From assembly GCF_027594745.1 (NCBI RefSeq), contig NZ_CP110854.1, positions 1,116,241 through 1,180,240 on the forward strand: DNA of 64,000 bases. The letters are read 5' to 3'. The notes beneath the pieces were generated by a model. The model searched no databases. It saw nothing but the letters and a program-made list of their open reading frames with translations, and was not told the origin of the DNA. The stretch comes from Saprospira grandis (lineage in GTDB: Bacteria; Bacteroidota; Bacteroidia; Chitinophagales; Saprospiraceae). How positions within the stretch are numbered: the first letter of the stretch is position 1; every line of letters begins with the position of its first letter. This document shows, piece after piece, positions 29,217-38,914 of the stretch. The position numbers and the translations under genes are program-made.

Positions 29217-29993
29217 TTAGTGCCCTTTAAAATTGGGCGCACGTTTCTCCAAGAAAGCCGAGGCCCCTTCCTTAAAGTCTTCGGTATTCACGGCATTGGC
29301 AAACTCGATTACTTCTTTCTCGAAGCCGCCCTTGCTAAAGTGGCTATTGACACATTCGATCACTTTTTGGATAGCGATAGGGGCTTTAGTAGCAATCTTC
29401 TCTAGGAGTTCTTTGGCCTTAGCGACCTCCTCTCCTGCGGGCGTGACATAATTCAGCAAGCCGAGGCGGTAAGCCTCTTCGGCCTTAATCATATCGCCGG
29501 TCATGAGTAATTCGATGGCTTTGGTTTTGCCCAAGTATTGGATCAAGCGTTGGGTTCCGCCATAGCCGGGGATAATGCCCAGATTTACTTCGGGTTGGCC
29601 AAAGCGGGCCTTCTCGCTAGCGACACGAAGGTGGCAAGCCATAGCCAGCTCACAGCCACCGCCCAAGGCAAAACCATTGATGGCAGCGACAACAGGAACC
29701 TTAAACTCTTCAATCAAAAAGAAAATATCTTGGCCATGTTGGGCCATCTCCAAACCAGCCTGAGCGTCTAGTCCAGTAAACTCGCTAATATCGGCACCCG
29801 CCACAAAAGACTTGGGGCCTGCTCCAGTAAGGACCACCCCTTTAAGGCCTTCTACGGCTAGGGCATCTTGGCCAAAAAACTGCTTGAGCTCCTTCAAAGT
29901 TTGTTGATTGAGGGCATTGAGCGCTTTAGGGCGATTGATAGTTAGTGTAATGATGCCGTTTTCTTCAACGGCCAAAAGATTCTGATAAGTCAT
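29217..29993 (-). CDS. Enoyl-CoA hydratase/isomerase (crotonase family)
   Basis: True start is the ATG at comp 29991-29993 (MTYQNLLAVEENGIITLTINRPKALNALN...). The ORF-track extension to 30371 reads through repeat copy 9 and is an artefact. Confidence 0.8.
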   Translation of the reverse strand: MTYQNLLAVEENGIITLTINRPKALNALNQQTLKELKQFFGQDALAVEGLKGVVLTGAGPKSFVAGADISEFTGLDAQAGLEMAQHGQDIFFLIEEFKVPVVAAINGFALGGGCELAMACHLRVASEKARFGQPEVNLGIIPGYGGTQRLIQYLGKTKAIELLMTGDMIKAEEAYRLGLLNYVTPAGEEVAKAKELLEKIATKAPIAIQKVIECVNSHFSKGGFEKEVIEFANAVNTEDFKEGASAFLEKRAPNFKGH

Positions 29994-30040
29994 AATGATA
30001 TCTGATTGATCAAATGGATGTTTTTCTATTGTGCTGCGTC

Positions 30041-30185
30041 TAGAGGCGGGCCCAGCCCGCCGGCCTAGCGATGGTAGGCAGTGCGGCGCAGCCGCAGACC
30101 CAGGCGCTGAAAGCGCCGCAGGGCCGAGCGAATAGCGAGCTGCCGAACGTAGCGCCGACGAGCGAAGCGAGGCGGAGGCCCCAAA
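30041..30185. repeat. GC-rich interspersed repeat family, copy 9
   Basis: ggcgggcccagcccgccggcctagcgatggtaggcagtgcggcgcagccgcagacccaggcgctgaaagcgccgcagggccgagcgaatagcgagctgccgaacgtagcgccgacgagcgaagcgaggcggaggccccaaa. Confidence 0.85.
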
Positions 30186-30192
30186 CAGAAGG

Positions 30193-32598
30193 CTATCGCT
30201 TTCTTTGCCAGAACAGCAAGCCCCCAAAGATAAGAAAGCCGAGCAAACTCCCCAAGAGGGCGGGCTGCCAATAAGGGGGCGAAAACTGCAATTCGATTTG
30301 GTGCTGGCCTGCAGGCAGCGGAAGGGCCATAAAACCCAGTTGGGCCCGATAAATCGGCTGCGCCTCCCCATTGACCAAAAGTTGCCAATTTGGATCGAAG
30401 GGAATGGAGAGGAAGAGGGCTGCGGGCTGCTCTAAGGCTATTTCGCCTTGGAGCTGCTTTTGGCCCAACTTACTCCAACGAACGACTTGGCGACTTCGGT
30501 TGGCGACATCTTGGCCCAGCTCATTTGGGCCATAAGCCTGAGGGTTGAGATTATTCAGGGGGTTATCCTGCAGAGCAGTAAAAGCCCCTAGATCCTCTTG
30601 GGCCAGCACCAAAGTTTTGAGCAAAGCCATCTGTTGTCTAATTGATTGATTATCCTTGGGCAGGGCCTCCCATTGCTTTTCCGAGCATTTTGTATCGTAA
30701 GTGAAGCCTAGGGGGAGAAACATACTATTCTTCCAGATCTTGACGGCCCCCACACTATCTTGCAAAACATAAAAGAAAGGATTGACAGGCTCCTTAGCCA
30801 GCCAATACTTGCTGCTAGCTAGGACCTGCAACAAAGGCCGTTGGCGAATGCCGGGGGCCCAGCGGGTTTGGTTTTCGTCCTGGGGATCAATCACTGCAGT
30901 TTTGGCCAAAAAGCGGATATAATTCTTTTGGTTGAAAGAGTGATAAGAGGAGGAGCCCTTGAAGTTTTGGACCTTGGCATCATTGAGGCCATTGTGCATA
31001 GCGGGGCTAGAACTATACATCTTCTCTATGCGGTAAAAGCCAGAGTCTTGGGCTTCAATTTTGGCCAAAGCGGCTATGCTCTCATCTTGGTAGCCTATAT
31101 TTTTGGACCATTCTTCTTTGCTGATCATTTGTCGGTCGCTGCTATACACCTGCTTAGCCGAGAAAATCAGCTCGGCCAAAAAGAGCAGGGCCAGAAAACC
31201 AAAGGCCTGCAAGCGATATTTTTCAACGGCTAGGGCCGCAATGGCTAGCGCGCCCCCCAGCAAAAAGATAAAGAGCAGATTCTGCAAAGGCTGATCGACC
31301 TGTACCTCTTTGGCCGATAGAAAAGGGACATAGAGCAGAGCCGCCCAAAAGACCAGGCTAAAAATGAGCAGCCAAATATTCGGCTTGGCCCCCTGCAACA
31401 GCTTAGAGAGTCCCTTTAGGGCCAAAAGCAGCAAGCCCGTGGCCACAAAAAGCGAGTAAATGCGGTAATAATTTCCTGCGTACAGCCAAATGCTATATCG
31501 GAAAAAGGGAATAAAAAGCGGGAGCAAGAGTAAAATCAAGGCGGCCAAGCTCAGGTAGCGTTGCTTGCCCTTTTGGAAAAAGAGCGCTTGGGGCAAAAGC
31601 AAGAGCAAAGGGAGAGCGATATAGAGGCTAGGGGCCTCTAGGTAATTATTCCAGCCCTTATAGGCCAGAACATTTTGACCATTGGGCAACTGCTCATAGG
31701 CGGCCCCAAAGAAAAAGTTGGGCGAAAAGAGTCGGCCAAGGATCGTCAGGGCCTCCGCCTTTTGGGTACTGCCGAAGCCTTCCTGCATCAATTGGGCAAA
31801 AAAGGCGGATTCTCCACCCACACGGGGGCTGTTGAGAATTTGGTCAATAGTACTAATTAGGAGGACCGAGCTCATGAGTAGGCCAGCCGCTCCCCAGATC
31901 ATTAGCCAGAGGTAGAGTTGGATAATGGCTTTTTTATCTTTCTCCCCCAACTCCAAGAGGCGAAAAACGCTATAAACGCCTACAAAGAGGCCAATAATAT
32001 AGAGATCTACAGGCATATTGAGGGCCAAGAAAAAGACCGAAAGGCCGAAAGTCTCTCCTTTTTGTTTGGCCAGCAGGCGCTCGAAACCCCAGAGGCAAAG
32101 CGCCATAAAAACGGCTTGAGTGCTGAAGACATACCAGCCTGCGCCGATGAGCAGAAAGCCAGAGAAAGCGAAGGCCAGTCCCCCCGCCATTTGGGCCAGG
32201 GGCGCCAACTGTCTATAGCCTAAAAAGCGAAAGAAAAAGAAAGCCGCCAAAAGCAGCTTGAGTGCTTCCATCCAAGCGATGCCATAGGCCAGTTGTTTTG
32301 GGCCGAGGAGATAGAGCGGCCATTGGAAAGGGTCGCCTAGGCTAAGGGGGAGAATATTTTGCCCCATTCCTTGTTGGAAAGACCAAGTAGGGAGCCCCTC
32401 TTTTTGGAGATAGTCTGCTACATGATGGAGTTGGGGATAAAACACATTAAGCGTATCGCTTCCAATATCTTTAAAGAGGAAAAGATTTGGGCCAAAGAGA
32501 AAAGCGCTAAAGGCCAGCAGAAGCAAGATAGTCGTCAGGCCCAAAAAGATATAGGTTTTATGGGGCAGCCATTTTTGGGGAATAAGCGAAGAGGACAT
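30193..32598 (-). CDS. YfhO-family polytopic membrane protein (putative glycosyl-transfer protein)
   Basis: 801 aa; >10 predicted TM helices in the N-terminal two thirds and a large C-terminal extracytoplasmic domain, the YfhO architecture. Confidence 0.65.
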   Translation of the reverse strand: MSSSLIPQKWLPHKTYIFLGLTTILLLLAFSAFLFGPNLFLFKDIGSDTLNVFYPQLHHVADYLQKEGLPTWSFQQGMGQNILPLSLGDPFQWPLYLLGPKQLAYGIAWMEALKLLLAAFFFFRFLGYRQLAPLAQMAGGLAFAFSGFLLIGAGWYVFSTQAVFMALCLWGFERLLAKQKGETFGLSVFFLALNMPVDLYIIGLFVGVYSVFRLLELGEKDKKAIIQLYLWLMIWGAAGLLMSSVLLISTIDQILNSPRVGGESAFFAQLMQEGFGSTQKAEALTILGRLFSPNFFFGAAYEQLPNGQNVLAYKGWNNYLEAPSLYIALPLLLLLPQALFFQKGKQRYLSLAALILLLLPLFIPFFRYSIWLYAGNYYRIYSLFVATGLLLLALKGLSKLLQGAKPNIWLLIFSLVFWAALLYVPFLSAKEVQVDQPLQNLLFIFLLGGALAIAALAVEKYRLQAFGFLALLFLAELIFSAKQVYSSDRQMISKEEWSKNIGYQDESIAALAKIEAQDSGFYRIEKMYSSSPAMHNGLNDAKVQNFKGSSSYHSFNQKNYIRFLAKTAVIDPQDENQTRWAPGIRQRPLLQVLASSKYWLAKEPVNPFFYVLQDSVGAVKIWKNSMFLPLGFTYDTKCSEKQWEALPKDNQSIRQQMALLKTLVLAQEDLGAFTALQDNPLNNLNPQAYGPNELGQDVANRSRQVVRWSKLGQKQLQGEIALEQPAALFLSIPFDPNWQLLVNGEAQPIYRAQLGFMALPLPAGQHQIELQFSPPYWQPALLGSLLGFLIFGGLLFWQRKR

Positions 32599-32714
32599 AA
32601 GGCGAAGAATTAGGGAAGCCCATTATGCTAGGGGCTTCCGTTGCGCTAAAATTGACTAAAAAAAGGCCCTTCTCAGCCAAGAGAAGAGCCTATAGAAAAG
32701 ATTGCTTGTTATAA

Positions 32715-33182
32715 CTAGTTAGAGCGTTTGTTGGCCAAATAGCTTACTCGGCGGAAGTTGGCTCTACGCAGCTCTGTTTTTACATCGGTGATGAGTCCCA
32801 TTTTCACTTCCCCATCAATTTTCATGGCACAAGTCATTTCGTTGTGGCGTTCGGGGTTAATGGCCGAACGTTCTACATTGACAAACTGCATGATATCATC
32901 AGGAGTAGCAAAAGCATCGTTGAGTTGGATCTTAGGAGCCGAACCAAACTGAGCTTGATAAACGGGAGAAGGAGGACCGATGAAGATATGGCTCACCATA
33001 GATTTTTTCTCTAGCTTTTGTAGTTCAGTAGCTTGAGGAATTCTGACGCGCACCTTTACATCTGCATCACGCATTTTTGTTACTACCATAAAGAAACAGA
33101 GCAACATAAAAACGATATCGGGTAAAGAGGCGGTGGTGATACCGGGGGCATCCTTCTTTTTATTCTTCTTAAATTTAGACAT
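32715..33182 (-). CDS. exbD: Biopolymer transport protein ExbD/TolR
   Basis: 155 aa; N-terminal basic segment, then single TM LPDIVFMLLCFFMVV; ExbD family. Confidence 0.8.
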   Translation of the reverse strand: MSKFKKNKKKDAPGITTASLPDIVFMLLCFFMVVTKMRDADVKVRVRIPQATELQKLEKKSMVSHIFIGPPSPVYQAQFGSAPKIQLNDAFATPDDIMQFVNVERSAINPERHNEMTCAMKIDGEVKMGLITDVKTELRRANFRRVSYLANKRSN

Positions 33183-33200
33183 GGTCTAGTGGTTTAAGAT

Positions 33201-33734
33201 TTAATCAAATCGAGTGGGCTCCGCTTCAGAGAGGAACTTGGGATAATCCTCACGGATAGCCATACGGTCTTCTTTTTCGAGGGTTTGGTATGGGCGGCCA
33301 AAGCGGCGCTGGGCTTCTGACTCCCAAATGGCATTATAGGCAGCTTGTAGTTCGTTGTAGACCCCTAGGTAGGTAGAGTAATCAGTTCCATCATCATTTT
33401 GCAGCGAGATCACAGCTGCTTTGGGGTTATCTGACATAGTAGGGTCAGAACCATTGTTGGTGATAAAACGGATAGCTTTTTCCTTAAGGCTTTCTACAGG
33501 AAAGCCGGGCTCTCCTTCTACAGCAAGCTGATTGGCCCCATTGATGACCACTTCTAGAACGTTACGAGAGTTTTTATCCTGAGGTTCTGGGGGTTCATCT
33601 ACCCATTGGGGGAGAGTCACCTGTAGTCCAGAATCCGTTTGAATAGTCGTAGTAACGAGGAAGAAAACCAAAAGCAGGAAGGCGATATCGGCCATAGAGC
33701 CTGCGTTGATTTCTGGGATTTGTCTTTCAGCCAT
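33201..33734 (-). CDS. exbD: Biopolymer transport protein ExbD/TolR (second paralogue)
   Basis: 177 aa; [29 protein letters not shown]... Confidence 0.8.
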   Translation of the reverse strand: MAERQIPEINAGSMADIAFLLLVFFLVTTTIQTDSGLQVTLPQWVDEPPEPQDKNSRNVLEVVINGANQLAVEGEPGFPVESLKEKAIRFITNNGSDPTMSDNPKAAVISLQNDDGTDYSTYLGVYNELQAAYNAIWESEAQRRFGRPYQTLEKEDRMAIREDYPKFLSEAEPTRFD

Positions 33735-33752
33735 AATTCTTGATTTCTATGA

Positions 33753-34235
33753 TTATGATTTAATGGTATCCCAAACTGCGGAGAAGACCCAGGCAGCAAT
33801 ACTGAGGAAAATCATGACCACAGCGAATAGGAGGAGGCCATCGACAAAAGCGACATCGCCAGCTTCTAGGTGGTGGTTATGGTTTCCTTGAAAGACTACC
33901 AATTCTTCGGCAGTGGGAGTAGTACCCATTGCTTTAGTGACAAAGAAAACAACCAACATTGCTCCGGCGGTAGCTAGGAACTTGATTGATTCTTTGATAT
34001 TGAACGCCATGTAGAGAATAGGGCCTACAATAGCGACAATAGAGCAGATAGCAATGAGTAGATAAGTAATATTTAGCGCAGGGTTGAAGATTCCTGAAGC
34101 ATAAAGCGTAGGCCGATCTGCTTCTTCTGGAAAACCTCCAACGATTGCGAAGATAGAGATGAGAGACAATAAGGCACCTAAAGAGAAGCTAATTGTCACC
34201 CCATGCTTTTTCAAAAACTGATATGCACCGTTCAT
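33753..34235 (-). CDS. Four-TM membrane protein of unknown function embedded in exbB-exbD cluster
   Basis: 160 aa with four hydrophobic helices. Sits 19 nt upstream of exbD and 40 nt downstream of exbB. Confidence 0.45.
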   Translation of the reverse strand: MNGAYQFLKKHGVTISFSLGALLSLISIFAIVGGFPEEADRPTLYASGIFNPALNITYLLIAICSIVAIVGPILYMAFNIKESIKFLATAGAMLVVFFVTKAMGTTPTAEELVVFQGNHNHHLEAGDVAFVDGLLLFAVVMIFLSIAAWVFSAVWDTIKS

Positions 34236-34275
34236 AAGGCATTTCTGATTTTTGGATGTGAATGGAGAAAATCAA

Positions 34276-35160
34276 TTAGGCTTCTTTGCCATTATTGTTG
34301 TAGCCGTTATCTAGGAGGATGTCAATCATAGAGATTGTAGCATCTTCCATTTTGTTAGATAGAGAGTCTACTTTGTTGGTAATCAAGTTGTAGAAAATCT
34401 GAAGGATAATCGCTGTGATCAGACCGAATACGGTAGTCAAAAGGGCTACTTTAATACCACCTGCTACATCAGAGGGGCGGATATCACCAGCGGCTTCGAT
34501 CGCATCAAAGGCTGAGATCATACCGATTACCGTACCCATAAAGCCCAACATGGGAGCAAGAGCGATAAATAGCGCCAACCAAACCAAGCCTTTTTCTAGG
34601 AGGCCCATTTGTACGCTACCGTTAGAAACGATGGCTTTTTCTACAGCGTCTAGGCCGTTATCTACGCGGCGGAGGCCTTCTCCGAGTACTTCGGCGGTGG
34701 GGCCAGGAGTAGCTTTGCAAAGCTCGTGAGCACCTGCAATATCGTTGGCGCGAACATGGTCCTCAATTTTGGTCAACAACTTTTTGGTGTTGATAGTGGC
34801 CAAGCTAAGCGTGATGATACGCTCAATAGCTACAGCCAAACCAAGGATCAAACAAACCAATACGAAGGTCATGAATTCCCAACCTCCATCAATATAGTAT
34901 TTCTTAATTTGCTGGTAGAAAGTTACTTTCTCAGTTTCAGCATCTGCAGTTTCTACATCAGCGCCCGTTTCTTCGGGGGCGGCTTCAGGAGTTTCTTCAA
35001 GAGTAGCAGCAGTATCGGCTCCCTCTTCTGGAGTTCCTTCTTCTACTTGTTCAGTAGGGTCGCCGTCGTTATCAGCGGGAGGATCTTGGGCATAAAGCGC
35101 CGTGGTTGAAATCGTTGCTCCCAAAACAAGCACAAGCAACAAAGCAAACAATCTTTTCAT
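34276..35160 (-). CDS. exbB: MotA/TolQ/ExbB proton-channel protein with signal peptide and acidic N-terminal extension
   Basis: 294 aa; signal peptide, then ~70-aa D/E/T/P-rich segment, then the MotA/TolQ/ExbB core (three TM; GLLEKGLVWLALFIALAPMLGFMGTVIGMISAF). Confidence 0.8.
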   Translation of the reverse strand: MKRLFALLLVLVLGATISTTALYAQDPPADNDGDPTEQVEEGTPEEGADTAATLEETPEAAPEETGADVETADAETEKVTFYQQIKKYYIDGGWEFMTFVLVCLILGLAVAIERIITLSLATINTKKLLTKIEDHVRANDIAGAHELCKATPGPTAEVLGEGLRRVDNGLDAVEKAIVSNGSVQMGLLEKGLVWLALFIALAPMLGFMGTVIGMISAFDAIEAAGDIRPSDVAGGIKVALLTTVFGLITAIILQIFYNLITNKVDSLSNKMEDATISMIDILLDNGYNNNGKEA

Positions 35161-35306
35161 AATAGATGTGCGATTTAACAGTTTTTCGGAAAATTACTTT
35201 TCGTCTTTACCAAGAAGCAAGAAATTACTTCTTAGAAAGCAGCTTTAAAGTTAAAGTGTAGTTGAAAATTTGAGCGCCTAAATTACTTCAGGCGCTCGGG
35301 AATTAG

Positions 35307-35393
35307 CGGAGAGAGCGGGATTCGAACCCGCGGTACCCGTAAAGGCACACACGCTTTCCAGGCGTGCCCGTTCGACCGCTCCGGCACCTCTCC
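35307..35393 (-). tRNA. tRNA-Ser(GGA): tRNA-Ser (anticodon GGA)
   Basis: The reverse complement GGAGAGGTGCCGGAGCGGTCGAACGGGCACGCCTGGAAAGCGTGTGTGCCTTTACGGGTACCGCGGGTTCGAATCCCGCTCTCTCCG folds as a class-II (long variable arm) tRNA. The anticodon loop is CT-GGA-AA. Confidence 0.85.
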
Positions 35394-35664
35394 TGTTCTT
35401 TCCTCTGCCCTCGGGGCTTTCGGAACCGCACAAAATTTGTAAAATAAAGTTATAAAACAAAATTTTTTTTAAGCCTAAATTAACAAGCGCCTTTTTTTAG
35501 CTTCCATTTTGCTTTATTTCCTTCATTTTCAGGAGCCGCCTAATTTCCTCTTATCCTTAGCCTTTTGGGCCAATATTTGTTTTATAGACGCCTCTTTTTC
35601 AAAAAGGGGTGTGCGCCCCCTCTTTTTTTTCTAAAAAACTGATTTGGAGTAGCTCCTTGCGTTT

Positions 35665-35810
35665 GGGGAGGGCCGAAGGCCCGACGGCCTAGCGATGTGC
35701 AGCAGTGGCCCGCAGGGCCAGACCAAAGCGCTTTAGCGCTGCAGGGCCGAGCGAAGAGCGAGCTGCGAAACGTAGCGCCGACGAGCGTAGCGAGGCGGAG
35801 GCCCCAAAAC
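35665..35810. repeat. GC-rich interspersed repeat family, copy 10
   Basis: ggccgaaggcccgacggcctagcgatgtgcagcagtggcccgcagggccagaccaaagcgctttagcgctgcagggccgagcgaagagcgagctgcgaaacgtagcgccgacgagcgtagcgaggcggaggccccaaaa. Confidence 0.85.
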
Positions 35811-35837
35811 AAAAACGACCTACTCCAAATCATCATC

Positions 35838-36932
35838 TTAAAGGGTTCCTCTTAGCTCTTGCTCCCGCTCGATGGCTTCAAACAAGGCCTTGAAGTTTCC
35901 TTTGCCAAAAGATTGGGCGCCACAACGCTGAATGATTTCATAGAAAACGGTGGGGCGATCCTGTACCGGCTTAGTAAAAATCTGTAGCAAATAGCCATCT
36001 TCATCTCGGTCGATCAAAATATTGAGTTTTTTCAACTCTTCCAAATCCTCTTCAATTTTGCCTACCCGATCCAAGACCGTATCATAGTAATTATCGGGCA
36101 CATAAAGGAAGTCTACCCCATTGGCTCTCAACTGACTAACGGTCTCAATGATATTGTCGGTAGCCACGGCAATATGTTGCACGCCACCGCCCTGATAAAA
36201 GTCAATGTACTCCTCAATTTGCGACTTCTTACGGCCTTCGGCGGGCTCGTTAATCGGAAACTTCACATAGCCGTTTCCATTAGATACCACCTTACTCATT
36301 AGGGCCGTATACTCGGTAGAAATATCATTATCATCAAAGGTAATCAGGAGGTTAAAGCCCATCACTTTTTGGTAGTATTCTACCCATTTATTCATCTCGC
36401 CCCAACCGACATTGCCTACGCAATGGTCAATATATTTTAGGCCGACAGGCTGGATTTTCATAGGGCTTTCTTTGGCCATATAGCCCGGCATAAATGCGCC
36501 CTTATAATTTTTGCGCTCGACAAAAGTGTGCACGGTTTCGCCATAAGTATAAATACCGGCTAGCTTCACTTCTCCATCTTCATCGCTCAAAGTTTTAGGC
36601 TCAAAAGCCGATTTTGCCCCTCTTTCTAGGGCCACTTTATAGGCATTTTCTGCATCATCTACCCAAAGGGCCAAGGTTTTCACCCCATCGCCATGCTTTT
36701 TCACATGCTCCGCCACGGGATGATCGGGCACTAGAGCCGAAGTCAAAAGCAAGCGGATTTTGCCCTGCTCCAATACATAGGTACAAAGCTCCTTATCGCC
36801 AGTCTCCAACCCTCTATAAGCCACCAACTTATAGCCAAAAGCCGTTTGATAATAGTGGGCCGATTGCTTGGCATTTCCCACATAAAACTCCACATGATCG
36901 GTCCCCAACAGGGGCATTGCATCTTGGTTCAT
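35838..36932 (-). CDS. hppD: 4-hydroxyphenylpyruvate dioxygenase
   Basis: 364 aa; two VOC/glyoxalase-fold modules with MPLLGTDHVEFYVGNAKQSAHYY N-terminus and the C-terminal iron-binding region (HIAVATDNI...FYEIIQR). Confidence 0.9.
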   Translation of the reverse strand: MNQDAMPLLGTDHVEFYVGNAKQSAHYYQTAFGYKLVAYRGLETGDKELCTYVLEQGKIRLLLTSALVPDHPVAEHVKKHGDGVKTLALWVDDAENAYKVALERGAKSAFEPKTLSDEDGEVKLAGIYTYGETVHTFVERKNYKGAFMPGYMAKESPMKIQPVGLKYIDHCVGNVGWGEMNKWVEYYQKVMGFNLLITFDDNDISTEYTALMSKVVSNGNGYVKFPINEPAEGRKKSQIEEYIDFYQGGGVQHIAVATDNIIETVSQLRANGVDFLYVPDNYYDTVLDRVGKIEEDLEELKKLNILIDRDEDGYLLQIFTKPVQDRPTVFYEIIQRCGAQSFGKGNFKALFEAIEREQELRGTL

Positions 36933-37005
36933 GTTACTGTTTTTTTTAACGTATTTAGATGATCTTGCTGTTCAGCGCCTAAACTTAAGGAATTTTTAGC
37001 GCTTT

Positions 37006-37250
37006 TTACTGTTTTTTGGGGCTGCCCCTTCCGCCGGGTTAAAACCCAGCGCAAAGCGGCATCGCTTTGCGAGCTTATACAAAATGAGGGTTAAAACCCT
37101 CATGAATTATCGGCCGGGTCGGGCTGTGTCGTGGCTCGCAGGTCTGCTCGGCCCTGCGGGGCTTTCGCTTCGCTTCAGCCCCTGGGTCTGCGGCTTCGCC
37201 GCCCCACTTTCCATCCCTCAGCCAGCGGCGGCTTTGCCGCCTGTAGGACC
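37006..37250. repeat. GC-rich interspersed repeat family, copy 11, interrupted by a ~75-bp insert
   Basis: ttttttggggctgcccc|ttccgccgggttaaaacccagcgcaaagcggcatcgctttgcgagcttatacaaaatgagggttaaaaccctcatgaattatc|ggccgggtcgggctgtgtcgtggctcgcaggtctgctcggccctgcgg... Confidence 0.8.
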
Positions 37251-38905
37251 TAAAAATCTTGTCCTCGCTCTAGCATATTCCAACGCAAACCTAGGCGGCC
37301 CCAAAGCGCCTGCGGGCTTTCTGTTAGACCAGTTATCTTTTCTTGGCGGAAAGATAGGCCCAGGTCTACAAATAAATTGTGGCGCAGCTGATAACTGCCC
37401 AATAGATCCAGATATAATAAATGAGTGGCCAGCCCCTGCCCTATTTGGTTGCCATACTCCTGTTCTCTCGTAATATAGGAAAGGTGGATATTGCTGCCCC
37501 AATTGCTGCCGCTGCTATCCTGCCCATAAAAGGCATAGGTACATTGGGCCCGAAGCTGCAGTTTGGGCATTGGCTGATAGCGAATAATGGCCAAAAACTC
37601 TCTAAAGTTGGCCCCTAGCGGATGGGCCAAAGGCTGATTATAATGCGTATAACTAGCCGAGCTATCTCTAAAGGTATAGGTATAGGGACGAACCGTATTA
37701 AACTCCAATTGCAGATCTAGACGATTGATATTGGCTACATTTCGGTATTTGAGGCCCAATTGCAGACCCTGTTTGTTGGCCCACCAGCCCCCATTGGCCG
37801 CAGAAGGCGAACGGAAGACCTCTGAAAACACAAACTCATCAATGACCACTTGTCCATAAAAGGCAAAGCGCCGCAGAAAATCCCAGCGAAAATTTAGGCC
37901 CAGCATAGCATTATCTGGGCTGCCTAGGCCTTGCTCTACCGCCCGATAAAAAATAAGGGGATTGAGATATTGCAACTCAAACCCTTGCTCTCTACCGAAA
38001 ACGATGGCCTCAAACAAGCCAATTTGTAGGTTTTTGCTCAGTTTGAGGTCCAGATAATGCGCTGCCAAATACTTTTTGGGATAGAGCCCATTGGCTACAG
38101 GCGCATGATCCTGCGTCAATTCTGCAAAGATATTGCGGTAATGAAAGCGCCAAATGCGAGTATCTAATTGCAGATAAAAATAATTGTTTGAGAAATCGGA
38201 CAAGAGCAAAGAGCGGTGCCCATCGCCAATAAAATGGCGGCCATGGCCCAAGCGGGCCGAGATATAGGGCATAATCTGAAAACCAATATGTCCCTGGGCC
38301 AATAGATAATCTACCCCATCTTCTGGGGCATCGGTCAGTTGGCTATCATAGACCTTATAAAAGCCCGCCCCGGGCACTGCCCCAAACTCACTAATTCGGT
38401 TTTGGATATGGCGGGGAAAAGCTGCCTGATTTTCGGTAAGGGTTGTCGAAAAAAACAAGCGTTTAGCAATATCCCCCTCTAGGCGCAAGCCTCTACGGTT
38501 GAGGAAAAGCAGGTTTTGGCTTCCATCTTCTAGGCGCTCCCCTCCTGCTTGCAGATGCAATAAAGGATTGACCGAAAAATAGAAATCGCCAGTTTGCAAG
38601 GCATATAGATTGGCCTTTTGTCTGTAGAAATGCGACCAAAAACTTTTGGGTGCGGGGGCCAGGCTATCCCAAAGGGCATTATCGGCTAAAAGATAGCTAG
38701 AGTCTGGACTTTGGCTGGCCAGCTTGCGCAGATCGCTGCGCAAAAAGGGCCGCAGGCTGCTATGTGGTCCTTCCAATTGCGGGGCAAGGGTCTGTGCTCG
38801 GTCCAAATAATCATCGGCAGGGCCCTGCAGGGGGCTATATTGGCTAGTTTGGGCCCAAACACTGGCCGAAAGCAGCAAGGGCAGAAAATAAATGAGCGCT
38901 TTCAT
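37250..38905 (-). CDS. Putative outer-membrane beta-barrel protein (large)
   Basis: 551 aa; signal peptide LLLSASVWAQ; amphipathic beta-strand pattern; terminal residue Phe (…ERGQDF), typical of BAM-dependent OMPs. Confidence 0.5.
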   Translation of the reverse strand: MKALIYFLPLLLSASVWAQTSQYSPLQGPADDYLDRAQTLAPQLEGPHSSLRPFLRSDLRKLASQSPDSSYLLADNALWDSLAPAPKSFWSHFYRQKANLYALQTGDFYFSVNPLLHLQAGGERLEDGSQNLLFLNRRGLRLEGDIAKRLFFSTTLTENQAAFPRHIQNRISEFGAVPGAGFYKVYDSQLTDAPEDGVDYLLAQGHIGFQIMPYISARLGHGRHFIGDGHRSLLLSDFSNNYFYLQLDTRIWRFHYRNIFAELTQDHAPVANGLYPKKYLAAHYLDLKLSKNLQIGLFEAIVFGREQGFELQYLNPLIFYRAVEQGLGSPDNAMLGLNFRWDFLRRFAFYGQVVIDEFVFSEVFRSPSAANGGWWANKQGLQLGLKYRNVANINRLDLQLEFNTVRPYTYTFRDSSASYTHYNQPLAHPLGANFREFLAIIRYQPMPKLQLRAQCTYAFYGQDSSGSNWGSNIHLSYITREQEYGNQIGQGLATHLLYLDLLGSYQLRHNLFVDLGLSFRQEKITGLTESPQALWGRLGLRWNMLERGQDF

Positions 38906-38914
38906 GAAAACGAA

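Noticed and set aside
29043-29451. ORFs 29043..29405 and 29233..29451 on the plus strand
   Set aside because: They overlap repeat copy 8 and the antisense of the enoyl-CoA hydratase C-terminus. They are spurious.
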